Source: Bacteroidota bacterium
GTDB taxonomy: Bacteria > Bacteroidota > Bacteroidia > Palsa-948
Direction of reading: 5' to 3'
DNA length: 64,000 bases
NCBI GenBank assembly: GCA_016213435.1
Contig: JACRAL010000098.1
Span: 141-64,140, forward strand
Shown piece after piece: positions 27,717 through 36,410 of the stretch (position 1 is the first letter of the stretch; each line of letters begins with the position of its first letter). Both the position numbers and the translations under genes were made by a program. The notes beneath the pieces were generated by a model that saw only the letters and a program-made list of their open reading frames with translations, was not told the DNA's origin and did no database searches.

Positions 27717-28133
27717 ATGAATTACAGCAAAGAAGCAATATTGCAGTTATCAGCACTTATTAAAGGAAATGATGAATCACGTCTTTGGCTGCTGAAAAAC
27801 AATTACCCCGAATTGGTTTTATTGCATTACTCCATTGAAGGACGTGAAGATGCATTGAAAGAGTTAATGAAGAAAAAATATGTAGAGGTTACAGCATTGG
27901 CACAATCTATTCGGGGAAATGCAAGGGCATTTAACTGGTTGGCGGAAAACAAAAAATTTATTTTTGCGGCAACCATTCAGGTTATGTATAAAAAAAAAGA
28001 GGCAGGAATATGGTTGAAAAAAAACAAGCTTGATCACTATCTAATACTTGCTGAAACAATCCGAAAGCGGTTAGAAGAAGATGAAAAAGGAGATATTTTT
28101 TCGATTTTTAACAAGATGTTAAAAAGAAAATGA
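27717..28133 (+). CDS. hypothetical protein
   Basis: 138-aa ORF. Confidence 0.4.
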   Translation: MNYSKEAILQLSALIKGNDESRLWLLKNNYPELVLLHYSIEGREDALKELMKKKYVEVTALAQSIRGNARAFNWLAENKKFIFAATIQVMYKKKEAGIWLKKNKLDHYLILAETIRKRLEEDEKGDIFSIFNKMLKRK

Positions 28134-28156
28134 CAAATAAACCAAAATCAACACCT

Positions 28157-28180
28157 GTCCTCTCCCTTTAGGGAAGGGAC
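28157..28180. repeat. REP-like hairpin TCCCTT-TAGGG-AAGGGA immediately upstream of cinA start
   Basis: 6-bp stem, core CCCTTTAGGGA shared with the element inside rarA. Confidence 0.4.
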
Positions 28181-28187
28181 ACCTCTA

Positions 28188-29519
28188 ATGTTCGCAGAAA
28201 TAATTTCCATAGGTGATGAGATTCTTATCGGGCAGATCACAAACTCCAATGCACAATGGATGGCTCAGCAGCTGAATCTTATCGGCATCTCGGTAAAGCA
28301 AATCAGCACTGTTGGCGACAATCGCGAAGATGTTATTAGAATATTTTCAGAAGCACTGCAGCGTGCAGATATCATTCTTATTACAGGAGGACTTGGACCC
28401 ACAAATGACGACATAACTAAACAATGTCTCTGTGATTTTTTTAAGACAAAACTTGTTTTCAACGAGCAGTGTTTTGAAGATGTAAAAAAAATGTTTTCTG
28501 ATCGAAATCTTGGAATGCCTGCCATCAACAAAGGTCAAGCAGAACTTCCGGAAAACTGTATTCCTATCAGAAATAAAAATGGAACTGCTCCGGGGATGTG
28601 GTTTGAAGCCCCACCCCAACCCTCCCCGTTAGGGAGGGAGAAAAATCAACAGCAAGTCCTCCCTAATGGGGAGGATATAGGAGGGGCTCTTTTTGTTTCC
28701 CTCCCGGGAGTTCCCTATGAAATGAAAGCAATGATGTCGGATTTTGTGATCCCTGAACTTCAAAAAAGATTTCAAAGAAATTTCATTGTTCACAAAACGG
28801 TTCATACGCAGGGAATCGGAGAATCAGCTCTTGCAGAAAAAATAAAAGAATGGGAGGACTCTCTTGCCAAACATGAAATCAAGCTAGCTTATCTTCCTTC
28901 ACCCGGGCAGGTAAAACTTCGGGTATCTCTAAACGGGAATGATCAGAAAAAAATTACTGACTTGGTCGATGAAAAAATCAACGAGTTAAGGCAATTAATC
29001 CCCGAATACATTTTTGCTACAGAAGAATTCGGAAAAGAGCCGGAGACGCTGGAAAAAGTTATAGGAGAAATTCTCCGAAAGAAAAAGAAAACACTTGCTG
29101 TCGCAGAAAGTTGTACGGGTGGTTATATTGCGCATCTCATTACAAGTATTGCCGGAAGCTCGGATTATTTCAATGGCGGAATTATCGCTTATGCAAATGA
29201 AATGAAAATTAATGTGTTGAAGGTGGATGTAAAAATTTTGGAAGAGAAAGGAGCTGTTTGTAAGGACGTGGCCGAGCAAATGTCAGACGGTGTTAGAAAA
29301 AGACTGAAGGCAGATTTTGGAATTTCAACTACAGGTATTGCAGGACCAACCGGTGGAAGCGCTGAAAAACCGGTTGGTACAGTTTGGATTTCGGTTACGT
29401 CTGACACTGAAATTATATCCGAAAAATTTAATTTCGGCAATAACAGGGAAAGAAATATTCGAAGAGCTTCTTTATCTGCCTTAAATATGTTGAGAACCCT
29501 GTTAGAAAAACATTCCTAA
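28188..29519 (+). CDS. cinA: competence/damage-inducible protein CinA (with about 24-aa in-frame insertion encoded by GC-rich hairpins)
   Basis: N-terminus AEIISIGDEILIGQITNSNAQW, GTAPGMWFE ... LPGVPYEMK motifs, C-terminal CinA domain. 443 aa versus about 415 typical. Confidence 0.85.
   Translation: MFAEIISIGDEILIGQITNSNAQWMAQQLNLIGISVKQISTVGDNREDVIRIFSEALQRADIILITGGLGPTNDDITKQCLCDFFKTKLVFNEQCFEDVKKMFSDRNLGMPAINKGQAELPENCIPIRNKNGTAPGMWFEAPPQPSPLGREKNQQQVLPNGEDIGGALFVSLPGVPYEMKAMMSDFVIPELQKRFQRNFIVHKTVHTQGIGESALAEKIKEWEDSLAKHEIKLAYLPSPGQVKLRVSLNGNDQKKITDLVDEKINELRQLIPEYIFATEEFGKEPETLEKVIGEILRKKKKTLAVAESCTGGYIAHLITSIAGSSDYFNGGIIAYANEMKINVLKVDVKILEEKGAVCKDVAEQMSDGVRKRLKADFGISTTGIAGPTGGSAEKPVGTVWISVTSDTEIISEKFNFGNNRERNIRRASLSALNMLRTLLEKHS
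28611..28711. repeat. cluster of three GC-rich REP-like hairpins embedded in-frame in cinA
   Basis: Hairpins CCCTCC(C)-CGTTA-GGGAGGG, CCTCCC-TAAT-GGGGAGG and palindrome CTCCCGGGAG. They encode PPQPSPLGREKNQQQVLPNGEDIGGALFVS between the conserved WFE and LPGVP motifs. Confidence 0.6.
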
Positions 29520-29552
29520 TTTTAGAAAAAATTGTAACTTTGAACAATAAAG

Positions 29553-29568
29553 TCTCGTTAGGACGAGA
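29553..29568. repeat. REP-like hairpin TCTCGT-TAGG-ACGAGA abutting the start codon of ORF 29571
   Basis: Perfect 6-bp stem 3 nt upstream of the ATG. Confidence 0.4.
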
Positions 29569-29570
29569 GT

Positions 29571-30020
29571 ATGAATACGACAAGATTTCTTCTTTCTTGG
29601 ATTCTGAGTGCATTGGTAATGTTTTCCCTTTCGTACTTATGGCATGGCGTTTTTTTGAATGATCTGCAACGCCTGTCCTATCCTAAAGGAATCTTCCTCA
29701 CCGGTTGCATCATCACTTATCTGATACTTGGGTTTCTTGTTACAAAAATTTATTTAATGAACTATCCGAAATCCATTGCGCGAAAACCGCTTGTCAGAGG
29801 ATTGATTGCAGGCTCGGTGCTTGGGGTATGCACGTATATTGTTTCACTTGTAGTTGGGGTTTCTTTTAATTATACACTTACTCTTGGCAACATCCTTTTT
29901 GACCTTTTATGGCAAACCGTAGAGCAAACCTTCGGAGGAGTTGTAGTTGCATTTGTCTATATCTGGATTTACGAAGGAAATCCTGTTGAGGTGATCGGCC
30001 GAAAAATGTTTGGTGATTAG
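29571..30020 (+). CDS. hypothetical membrane protein (4 TM)
   Basis: 149 aa, hydrophobic helices. Confidence 0.4.
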   Translation: MNTTRFLLSWILSALVMFSLSYLWHGVFLNDLQRLSYPKGIFLTGCIITYLILGFLVTKIYLMNYPKSIARKPLVRGLIAGSVLGVCTYIVSLVVGVSFNYTLTLGNILFDLLWQTVEQTFGGVVVAFVYIWIYEGNPVEVIGRKMFGD

Positions 30021-31339
30021 TATCCGTATTTCTCCTTCCAGTTCTTCTTCAAAAATTTCCGAAATCTTTTCTCTGCATCATTATCTCCCGGTTCATACCA
30101 TTTTGTGCCGCTTAATTCATCCGGAAGAAATTCTGCATTTATAAAATTTCCTTCATAGCTATGAGCATATTGATACTCTTTTCCATAGTTAAGATCTTTC
30201 ATCAGTTGAGTGGGAGCGTTGCGGATAGAAAGCGGAACGGATAGATCGCCAGTTTTTTTTACCGCTTCCTGCGCAGTTCCGATTGCTTTGTAAGAAGCAT
30301 TGCTTTTAGGAGAACAGGCAAGGTAAACAACCGCTTGTGAAAGAATAATTCTTGCTTCCGGCAGGCCAATTGCATTTACTGCCTGAAAACAATTATTAGC
30401 AAGAACAAGCGCCATCGGATTTGCATTGCCCACATCTTCCGAAGCGAGAATGAGCAATCTTCTGGCTATGAAAAGAGGATCTTCACCGCCTTCAATCATT
30501 CTTGCTAAGTAGTAAACTCCCGCATTTGGATCACTGCCACGTATTGATTTGATGAATGCGGAAATAATATCGTAATGCTGCTCGCCCGTTTTATCATACA
30601 AAGCCATTTTCTGCTGAACAACATTCAAAAGATTTTCATCAGTGATTACGATATCTTGCACCCCGCCCTGAAGGGAGCTATTGTCATCACTTTCCCCCTT
30701 TAGGGACGGGGTAATCGAACTCACATATAACTCCAATGCGTTATATAACTTCCTTACATCACCGCCTGAAAGACGAAGCAACGCATCACTTTCTTTCACA
30801 ATTATTTTTTTCTTTTTTAATATCTCATCTGCATGAATTGCATAATCAATGAGTGAGATCAAATCCTGTTTTTCCAGATGATTCAACAAATAAACCTGGC
30901 AGCGAGAAAGCAAAGCGGAAATTACTTCGAACGAAGGATTTTCTGTTGTGGCTCCGATCAGCGTAATGGTTCCTTTCTCCACTGCTCCAAGCAAAGAATC
31001 TTGTTGTGCCTTGCTGAAACGATGAATTTCATCTATGAAAAGTATAGGATAATTTGTTCCGAAAAATGAATCAGCGGATGCTTTGTCAATTACCTCGCGT
31101 ATGTCTTTGACTCCTGAATTGATTGCGCTCAGCTGGTAATAGGGGCGTTTTAGTTGAGTGGCAATGATCCTTGCCAGTGTTGTTTTTCCTACGCCCGGAG
31201 GTCCCCATAAGATCATGGAAGGAATAGTTCCGGCTTCAATGGCTCTTCTGAGAATAGCGCCTTCGCCCACAAGGTGTTTCTGACCGATAAATTCATTCAG
31301 CGTTTTAGGACGAAGCCGCTCTGCTAAAGGAATACTCAT
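30017..31339 (-). CDS. rarA: replication-associated recombination protein A (AAA ATPase RarA/MgsA)
   Basis: Walker A GPPGVGKTTLARIIA, Walker B LFIDEIHRF, and C-terminal MgsA helical/tetramerisation region with YDxxGEQHYDIISAFIKSIRGSD. Confidence 0.9.
   Translation of the reverse strand: MSIPLAERLRPKTLNEFIGQKHLVGEGAILRRAIEAGTIPSMILWGPPGVGKTTLARIIATQLKRPYYQLSAINSGVKDIREVIDKASADSFFGTNYPILFIDEIHRFSKAQQDSLLGAVEKGTITLIGATTENPSFEVISALLSRCQVYLLNHLEKQDLISLIDYAIHADEILKKKKIIVKESDALLRLSGGDVRKLYNALELYVSSITPSLKGESDDNSSLQGGVQDIVITDENLLNVVQQKMALYDKTGEQHYDIISAFIKSIRGSDPNAGVYYLARMIEGGEDPLFIARRLLILASEDVGNANPMALVLANNCFQAVNAIGLPEARIILSQAVVYLACSPKSNASYKAIGTAQEAVKKTGDLSVPLSIRNAPTQLMKDLNYGKEYQYAHSYEGNFINAEFLPDELSGTKWYEPGDNDAEKRFRKFLKKNWKEKYGY
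30664..30711. repeat. GC-rich REP-like element (CCCTGAAGGG ... CCCCCTTTAGGGACGGGG) in-frame in the rarA linker
   Basis: Encodes KGESDDNSSLQGG in a linker about 11 aa longer than in E. coli RarA (sequence recalled from memory). Confidence 0.45.
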
Positions 31340-31422
31340 GGATGCAAATATAGAAATAGAAAACTGTTCTTTTCCAGAAAGAACAAAAGGAAAGAGTAAT
31401 TTTTTACTTTTGCATCCCTTAC

Positions 31423-31497
31423 GGTGGTTGTAGCTCAGTTGGTTAGAGCACTAGATTGTGGTTCTAGGGGTCGCGGGTTCAAGTCCCGTCATCCACC
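31423..31497 (+). tRNA. tRNA-His (anticodon GTG) with genomically encoded G-1; no encoded CCA
   Basis: Cloverleaf read by hand: G-1, acceptor GTGGTTG/CATCCAC, D-arm GCTCAGTTGGTTAGAGC, anticodon stem CTAGA/TCTAG with loop TTGTGGT, T-arm GCGGGTTCAAGTCCCGT, discriminator C. Confidence 0.8.
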
Positions 31498-31694
31498 CTT
31501 CTTCAAATTACATTGCGACTCTGACGCACTAGTACTCCTGCGTCAGTAGTCAGAGTGCAGGTCAAAGCGTCAGCATTCAAGTCCCGTCATCCACCCTTCT
31601 TCAAATTACATTGCGGCTCTGACGCACTAGTACTCCTGCGTCAGTAGTCAGAGTGCAGGTCAAAGCGTCAGCATTCAAGTCCCGTCATCCACCC
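31478..31694 (+). repeat. 98-bp tandem repeat (2.2 copies) seeded in the tRNA-His 3' end; the 21-mer TTCAAGTCCCGTCATCCACCC occurs three times
   Basis: Copies at about 31478-31498, 31576-31596 and 31674-31694. The intervening 77-bp units differ by a single nt and contain the hairpin CTGACGCA-N10-TGCGTCAG. Confidence 0.8.
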
Positions 31695-31727
31695 AAATCC
31701 TGACTTATTGTAAGTCAGGATTTTTTA
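31695..31727 (+). terminator. rho-independent terminator AATCCTGACTTA-TTG-TAAGTCAGGATT followed by T6
   Basis: 12-bp perfect stem, 3-nt loop, T-run. Overlaps the stop codon of the convergent HK gene. Confidence 0.7.
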
Positions 31728-33104
31728 TATCGGCATTTCAATTTTATAGCTTGTTCCTTTGTTAATCACACTGTCTATTGTTAATGTGCCATTATAGGAT
31801 TCAACTTGTGATCGGATATATTTAATACCTAATCCTTTAGACTGATCCATGTTGCTGATTTTAAAACCAACTCCGTTATCTTCCAGCAGCAACATTACTT
31901 TATTGTCGTAGCTATTCAAGTTGATACTGATTTCGGTTGCTTTGCCATGCACAATGGAATTATCTATAAATTCTTGAATAATTCTGTAAATTAGAATTTG
32001 TAACGTTTTATCTAGATTGGGAAAAGAATCATTTATTGTGATTTTAAATTTCAGCCCATTACTTAGCATCCTGTTATTGCAAAGATCATGCATTGCGGCT
32101 ATTAAGCCAAACTCTATCAATGTTCTTGGCATCAGGTCGTAGCAGATCTGACGTAATTCAGTAAATACATTATCCATTGCATTTGTAGATTTGATAACTG
32201 TATTCCTGATCTTTTCTTTTGGAAAACTTCTGGTATTGCCATGTGTGATTGTTTGCAGATAAAACTTGATCCCTGCCAATTGTTGAGCCAAGCTGTCGTG
32301 TAAGGCACTGGCAAATTTATCCCTGTCAGTTTCCTGCTTATCTATAAGAGCACGAAGTAAACTGTTGTTGGCTTCCTTCTGTTTAGTAATGTCTTTTATC
32401 AAACCAAAATATCCTGACTCCTCGCTGTTTCCGTTGATAGGATTTACAGAAATTAATGCATCAATCCGCTTATTCTTCTTATCCTTTAACTTTATGTCCA
32501 TATTCTGAATGGCTCCATCTTTCTTTAATTTCTTTATTAATTCCTCCACATTAGTATCTACCAACAATTCATGGAAATCAATAGTGTAAAGCTGATTTCT
32601 CGAATATTTCAATATGACAGATGCTGCATTATTAAAATCTATCAGAAGTCCGTTTTTGTTTACTAGAAAAATAACATCTTTTGTTTCCTCAAAAATATTT
32701 TTATACTGGGTGAGTAATTTTTTGTTTCGTTCCTTAAAAGCATAAACTTCATACGCATTCTCAATGATAATTTTCAATTCATTTGCATTAAAAGGTTTTA
32801 AGATATAGCGGTAAACCTCCCCCAGATTAATCGCTTCTATTACTGTTTCTATATCTGAATAGGCGGTAAGAAGGATTCTGACAGGATCGGGATATTCCGG
32901 AATAATTGACTCTAGAAATTCTATGCCCGTGGTGTTGGGCATACGCTGATCGGTAATAATGATATTGATTTCTTTTTCCTTTAATATCTTTCTTCCTTGT
33001 TCTGCCGATTCTGCAGTATAAACTGCAAAATGTTCTCTGAAATTAGCTTTGAATGATGTTAAATTATTTACTTCATCATCTATGTAGAGTATTTGGATTT
33101 TCAT
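31725..33104 (-). CDS. hybrid signalling protein: N-terminal receiver (REC) - PAS - NarL-type histidine kinase (HisKA_3 + HATPase_c)
   Basis: REC with ITDQRMPNTTG (phospho-Asp), PAS-like middle, H-box ASALHDSLAQQLAG, ATPase box LEDNGVGF. Confidence 0.7.
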   Translation of the reverse strand: MKIQILYIDDEVNNLTSFKANFREHFAVYTAESAEQGRKILKEKEINIIITDQRMPNTTGIEFLESIIPEYPDPVRILLTAYSDIETVIEAINLGEVYRYILKPFNANELKIIIENAYEVYAFKERNKKLLTQYKNIFEETKDVIFLVNKNGLLIDFNNAASVILKYSRNQLYTIDFHELLVDTNVEELIKKLKKDGAIQNMDIKLKDKKNKRIDALISVNPINGNSEESGYFGLIKDITKQKEANNSLLRALIDKQETDRDKFASALHDSLAQQLAGIKFYLQTITHGNTRSFPKEKIRNTVIKSTNAMDNVFTELRQICYDLMPRTLIEFGLIAAMHDLCNNRMLSNGLKFKITINDSFPNLDKTLQILIYRIIQEFIDNSIVHGKATEISINLNSYDNKVMLLLEDNGVGFKISNMDQSKGLGIKYIRSQVESYNGTLTIDSVINKGTSYKIEMPI

Positions 33105-33184
33105 TTTTTTTATATTTAAAATATTGTCGTCTGATTATACTGATCACCAACTAACGCTACAAAGATAAGTTGCTTTGGTATATA

Positions 33185-33234
33185 CCCCTTTGTCTTTAAA
33201 TACCCTTAGTTAGGGTATAAATACTTATAAGGGG
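33185..33234. repeat. nested REP-like hairpin (outer CCCCTT/AAGGGG, inner TACCCT-TAGTT-AGGGTA) between the two kinase genes
   Basis: Read directly in the intergenic region 33105-33321. Confidence 0.4.
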
Positions 33235-33321
33235 AGCTAACAGCCAATATCCAAGCCAATTAAAATGTCCTACTTATCTGAACCACTAAACTGAACCCTT
33301 AATCTAAATAATGTCTATTTT

Positions 33322-35472
33322 TTATCCTTTTTTCTTGAAGTCTTTCTGTGTTATTGGTAAGGTTAAAATAAATGTAGTTCCCTTTCCTTCTTCTGATTCC
33401 ACCTGAATGTCTCCGTTGTGGCTCTTCATTATATTATATACGATGGATAATCCTAAGCCTGTTCCTTCTCCCACTTGTTTGGTGGTAAAAAACGGTTCAA
33501 AGATTTTATCTTTATTCTTTCCGGATATTCCAATGCCATTATCTTCGATGCTGATGATTACATGATTGTTATTGGTTCTTGTTTTTATAGTAATAACACC
33601 TTTTTTGCTTGAATCTTTTCTATCTATTATTGCATGAATGGCATTGTTTATCACGTTCATGAATACCTGATTCAATTTTCCGGGATAGCACTCTGTTTGA
33701 GGGAGTTGTTTGTCAAAGTCTTTTATGACATCTATTTCTGCTTTCTTAAGGTTGCTGTTCAGTAATATGAGGGTTGATTCTATGCCATCATGAATATTAA
33801 TCTGTTTTAAATCATTTTCATCTAAACGGGCAAACGTTTGAAGCCCTTTTACTATTTCAGCGGTTCGGTAGGCCCCCTCATCAATGCCCTTGAGTAAAAG
33901 ATCTATTTCTGTTATCAAATAACTTACATCCAGCTTTTCTTTTAAATCGTTTATCTCTTTTATTTTATCGTGTAGATCATGATCGCTTTTTATTTCGCTG
34001 TACTTATCCAATACACGCAGAATATTTCCAACATCTTTTTTTAAAGGAGCGACATTGGAAATTACAAAATTGATGGGATTATTTATTTCGTGTGCAATGC
34101 CGGCAGTGAGCTGACCCAAGGAAGCCATTTTCTCGGTATTGACAAGCTGGGCTTGTGTTTCTTTCAGGTCTTTATTGGATGCTTCTAATTGGGCTGTTCT
34201 TGCTTTTACATTGGCTTCTAAATAAATATTTTGTTCGGTAATAATTTTTTCGTTTTCTTTTAATGCGTTCAGTGCAATAATTCGCGATTCTTCTTTTTCT
34301 TCTTTAAGGATGTTAATTCTGTCGGCCAAAGCAAAGGAGAGTAACACGGTTTCGATGGCAGATCCTACAGGCATTGTATAAACAGTAAAATCATTGTAAG
34401 GAAGAATCCCCGCACTCTTCATGGCATGAATAAATACGCCCACTAAAAAACAAGACCATGCAATGGCAAAAAATTTTGCAGGTCTATATCCCATTCTTGC
34501 TATGCGAAAACTAATAAATAACATGTATAGCGACAAGGGGCTTACGATACCTAAAATTAATTGCCAGCTTATTTGATAGAATCCGGATACTACCAAAAGG
34601 GCAGCGATAGCATATAAACCATACGATAAAAGAAATATCTTATCCAGCTTTGGAACATATTGAGTTGTATGCAGAAATATGCGAAGAAATTGAACAGAGG
34701 CAACTCCAACGAAAATGCTTAAAAGCATAATACTTTGAACTTCAAATTGCGGACTGTCGGGCCAAAGGTATTTGAATGTATAACCTTGAAAAGCTGCTTG
34801 GGTAAGCATTACAGATACTATATATATTACATAGTACAAGTAACTTTTATCGCGTATGGAAAAATAAATGAAGAGATTGTAGCATATCATTATCAGCATT
34901 ATGCCGCAATATATTCCAAACATGAAATTGAGAGTAGTGCCTGATGAAAATGCAAGCACCGGAGTTGTGATTTTGAAGGGTAATTCAATCTGATCAAAAC
35001 TCTTTATTTTAATAAAGTATGTTCTTTCATTTTCTTTATTTATATGAAGATCAAATAAGTAAGCGGTGTGTTTGTATTTTCGTTCGAAGAATTTTTTATT
35101 CTGCCCTATGACCACCGAAGAATAAGTATCGTCTTCGTTTAAAGTAAACAGTTCCGCTTCATCAATTAAAGGCGCTTCTAATGCGAGTACCAGATTACTA
35201 TCGGTTGAATTATTTTTTATCTGAATTTTTACCCATATAGTTGCTGGTGTAAACTCTAAATTAGGTACCTCTTTTAAGCTTTTTTCAAAATTTGAATTTC
35301 TTTTCACTTCAGCTATTCCCATTTTACCGGATGTGTCTTTTAATATCCAGATATATTTTCCGATGTATTGATTTTGTTCTTTATCAGAAAAAACAAGCTG
35401 TGCATTGCAAATGGCTGATAAGTAAAATATAAACGTAAGAAGCAAGCCGAAGGAAAGTTTTATTTTATTCAT
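33322..35472 (-). CDS. 7TMR-DISM family sensor histidine kinase
   Basis: Signal peptide plus extracellular domain, seven predicted TM helices, coiled coil, HisKA H-box AGIAHEINNPINFV, HATPase_c G-boxes. Confidence 0.75.
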   Translation of the reverse strand: MNKIKLSFGLLLTFIFYLSAICNAQLVFSDKEQNQYIGKYIWILKDTSGKMGIAEVKRNSNFEKSLKEVPNLEFTPATIWVKIQIKNNSTDSNLVLALEAPLIDEAELFTLNEDDTYSSVVIGQNKKFFERKYKHTAYLFDLHINKENERTYFIKIKSFDQIELPFKITTPVLAFSSGTTLNFMFGIYCGIMLIMICYNLFIYFSIRDKSYLYYVIYIVSVMLTQAAFQGYTFKYLWPDSPQFEVQSIMLLSIFVGVASVQFLRIFLHTTQYVPKLDKIFLLSYGLYAIAALLVVSGFYQISWQLILGIVSPLSLYMLFISFRIARMGYRPAKFFAIAWSCFLVGVFIHAMKSAGILPYNDFTVYTMPVGSAIETVLLSFALADRINILKEEKEESRIIALNALKENEKIITEQNIYLEANVKARTAQLEASNKDLKETQAQLVNTEKMASLGQLTAGIAHEINNPINFVISNVAPLKKDVGNILRVLDKYSEIKSDHDLHDKIKEINDLKEKLDVSYLITEIDLLLKGIDEGAYRTAEIVKGLQTFARLDENDLKQINIHDGIESTLILLNSNLKKAEIDVIKDFDKQLPQTECYPGKLNQVFMNVINNAIHAIIDRKDSSKKGVITIKTRTNNNHVIISIEDNGIGISGKNKDKIFEPFFTTKQVGEGTGLGLSIVYNIMKSHNGDIQVESEEGKGTTFILTLPITQKDFKKKG

Positions 35473-35473
35473 G

Positions 35474-36211
35474 TTATATTTTATCCTTATTTGTTACATA
35501 TAATTCAGGTAATGTTATCTCAGTTACATTATTTACAATGAGGTTGTAGTTTACCATAAATTCTCCTTTAGGTCCCGTTTCTAACCGCTGCCGGATTGGA
35601 TTATCTCTCAAAGAAAGCATTCTTTCTTTATCATAAGGAGCGGCAGTATTTAATGCTATTCCATTCAGGATACCAACAGCACGGGCGATATTATTTTCAT
35701 TGGGATAAAGAAATGTTCCATTATTACCTAAAAATGTATTAACGACAAATCCTACATTTTGGAACATTTCTAAAGTATATTCACCACAAATACCAGTAAG
35801 AGTTTGAAATTTTAATTGATTAATGGCTGATATAGCAGCACGCACCAAAACTACGCTGATTCCTTTTCCTTTTACTTTATTTGAATTCCAAAGCCCGCAT
35901 AATTCTCCCGCACCTCCATCAATTGCATATTTCTTAACTACCTCATAAATTCTGGCATCCATTTTTCCAATGGCGCCTTCTATAGGAAGAGGAAATATTC
36001 CATTGGCTACTTGTATTCGAATTCCACCTACTAATTCATTTGATTCATCGGTTGCAATAAAACAGTAAACATTGGGATTATTTATCCAGTGGTTATTGTT
36101 AGAGGTAATATTCTCAATGCCATAATCTTTTAGTACTTGTACATGACCTTTTATATACTCTTTGCAAGTAGCAGATTCATCAATTGCCCGATATGCTCGT
36201 ATTAGGATCAT
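35474..36211 (-). CDS. GNAT-family N-acetyltransferase candidate
   Basis: 245 aa. VVLVRAAISAI...KGKGIS resembles the acetyl-CoA-binding motif A region. Start abuts the stop of the upstream kinase. Confidence 0.4.
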   Translation of the reverse strand: MILIRAYRAIDESATCKEYIKGHVQVLKDYGIENITSNNNHWINNPNVYCFIATDESNELVGGIRIQVANGIFPLPIEGAIGKMDARIYEVVKKYAIDGGAGELCGLWNSNKVKGKGISVVLVRAAISAINQLKFQTLTGICGEYTLEMFQNVGFVVNTFLGNNGTFLYPNENNIARAVGILNGIALNTAAPYDKERMLSLRDNPIRQRLETGPKGEFMVNYNLIVNNVTEITLPELYVTNKDKI

Positions 36212-36254
36212 ATTATATCGCTATTTGGATATATTGGCTTTTTGGTGAAAAATA

Positions 36255-36410
36255 TGAGCTTTCCGGCAGAGGATATGAGCTTTTCGGTGGACGATTTGAC
36301 ATTTCCTGTAGAGGATTTGAGCTTTCCGGTGGACGATTTGACATTTCCTGTAGAGGATTTGAGCTTTCCGGTATAGGATTTGAGCTTTCCGGTAGACGAT
36401 TTGACATTTA
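36255..36410. repeat. 21-bp tandem repeat, about 7.4 units (GAGCTTTCCGGTGGACGATTT / GACATTTCCTGTAGAGGATTT alternating; 42-bp higher-order period), filling the gap between the ThiF-nitroreductase gene stop and the GNAT gene start
   Basis: Units 2+3 and 4+5 are identical except for one nt. Both strands are open across the array (ORFs 36213-36407 minus and 36184-36441 plus). Confidence 0.8.
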
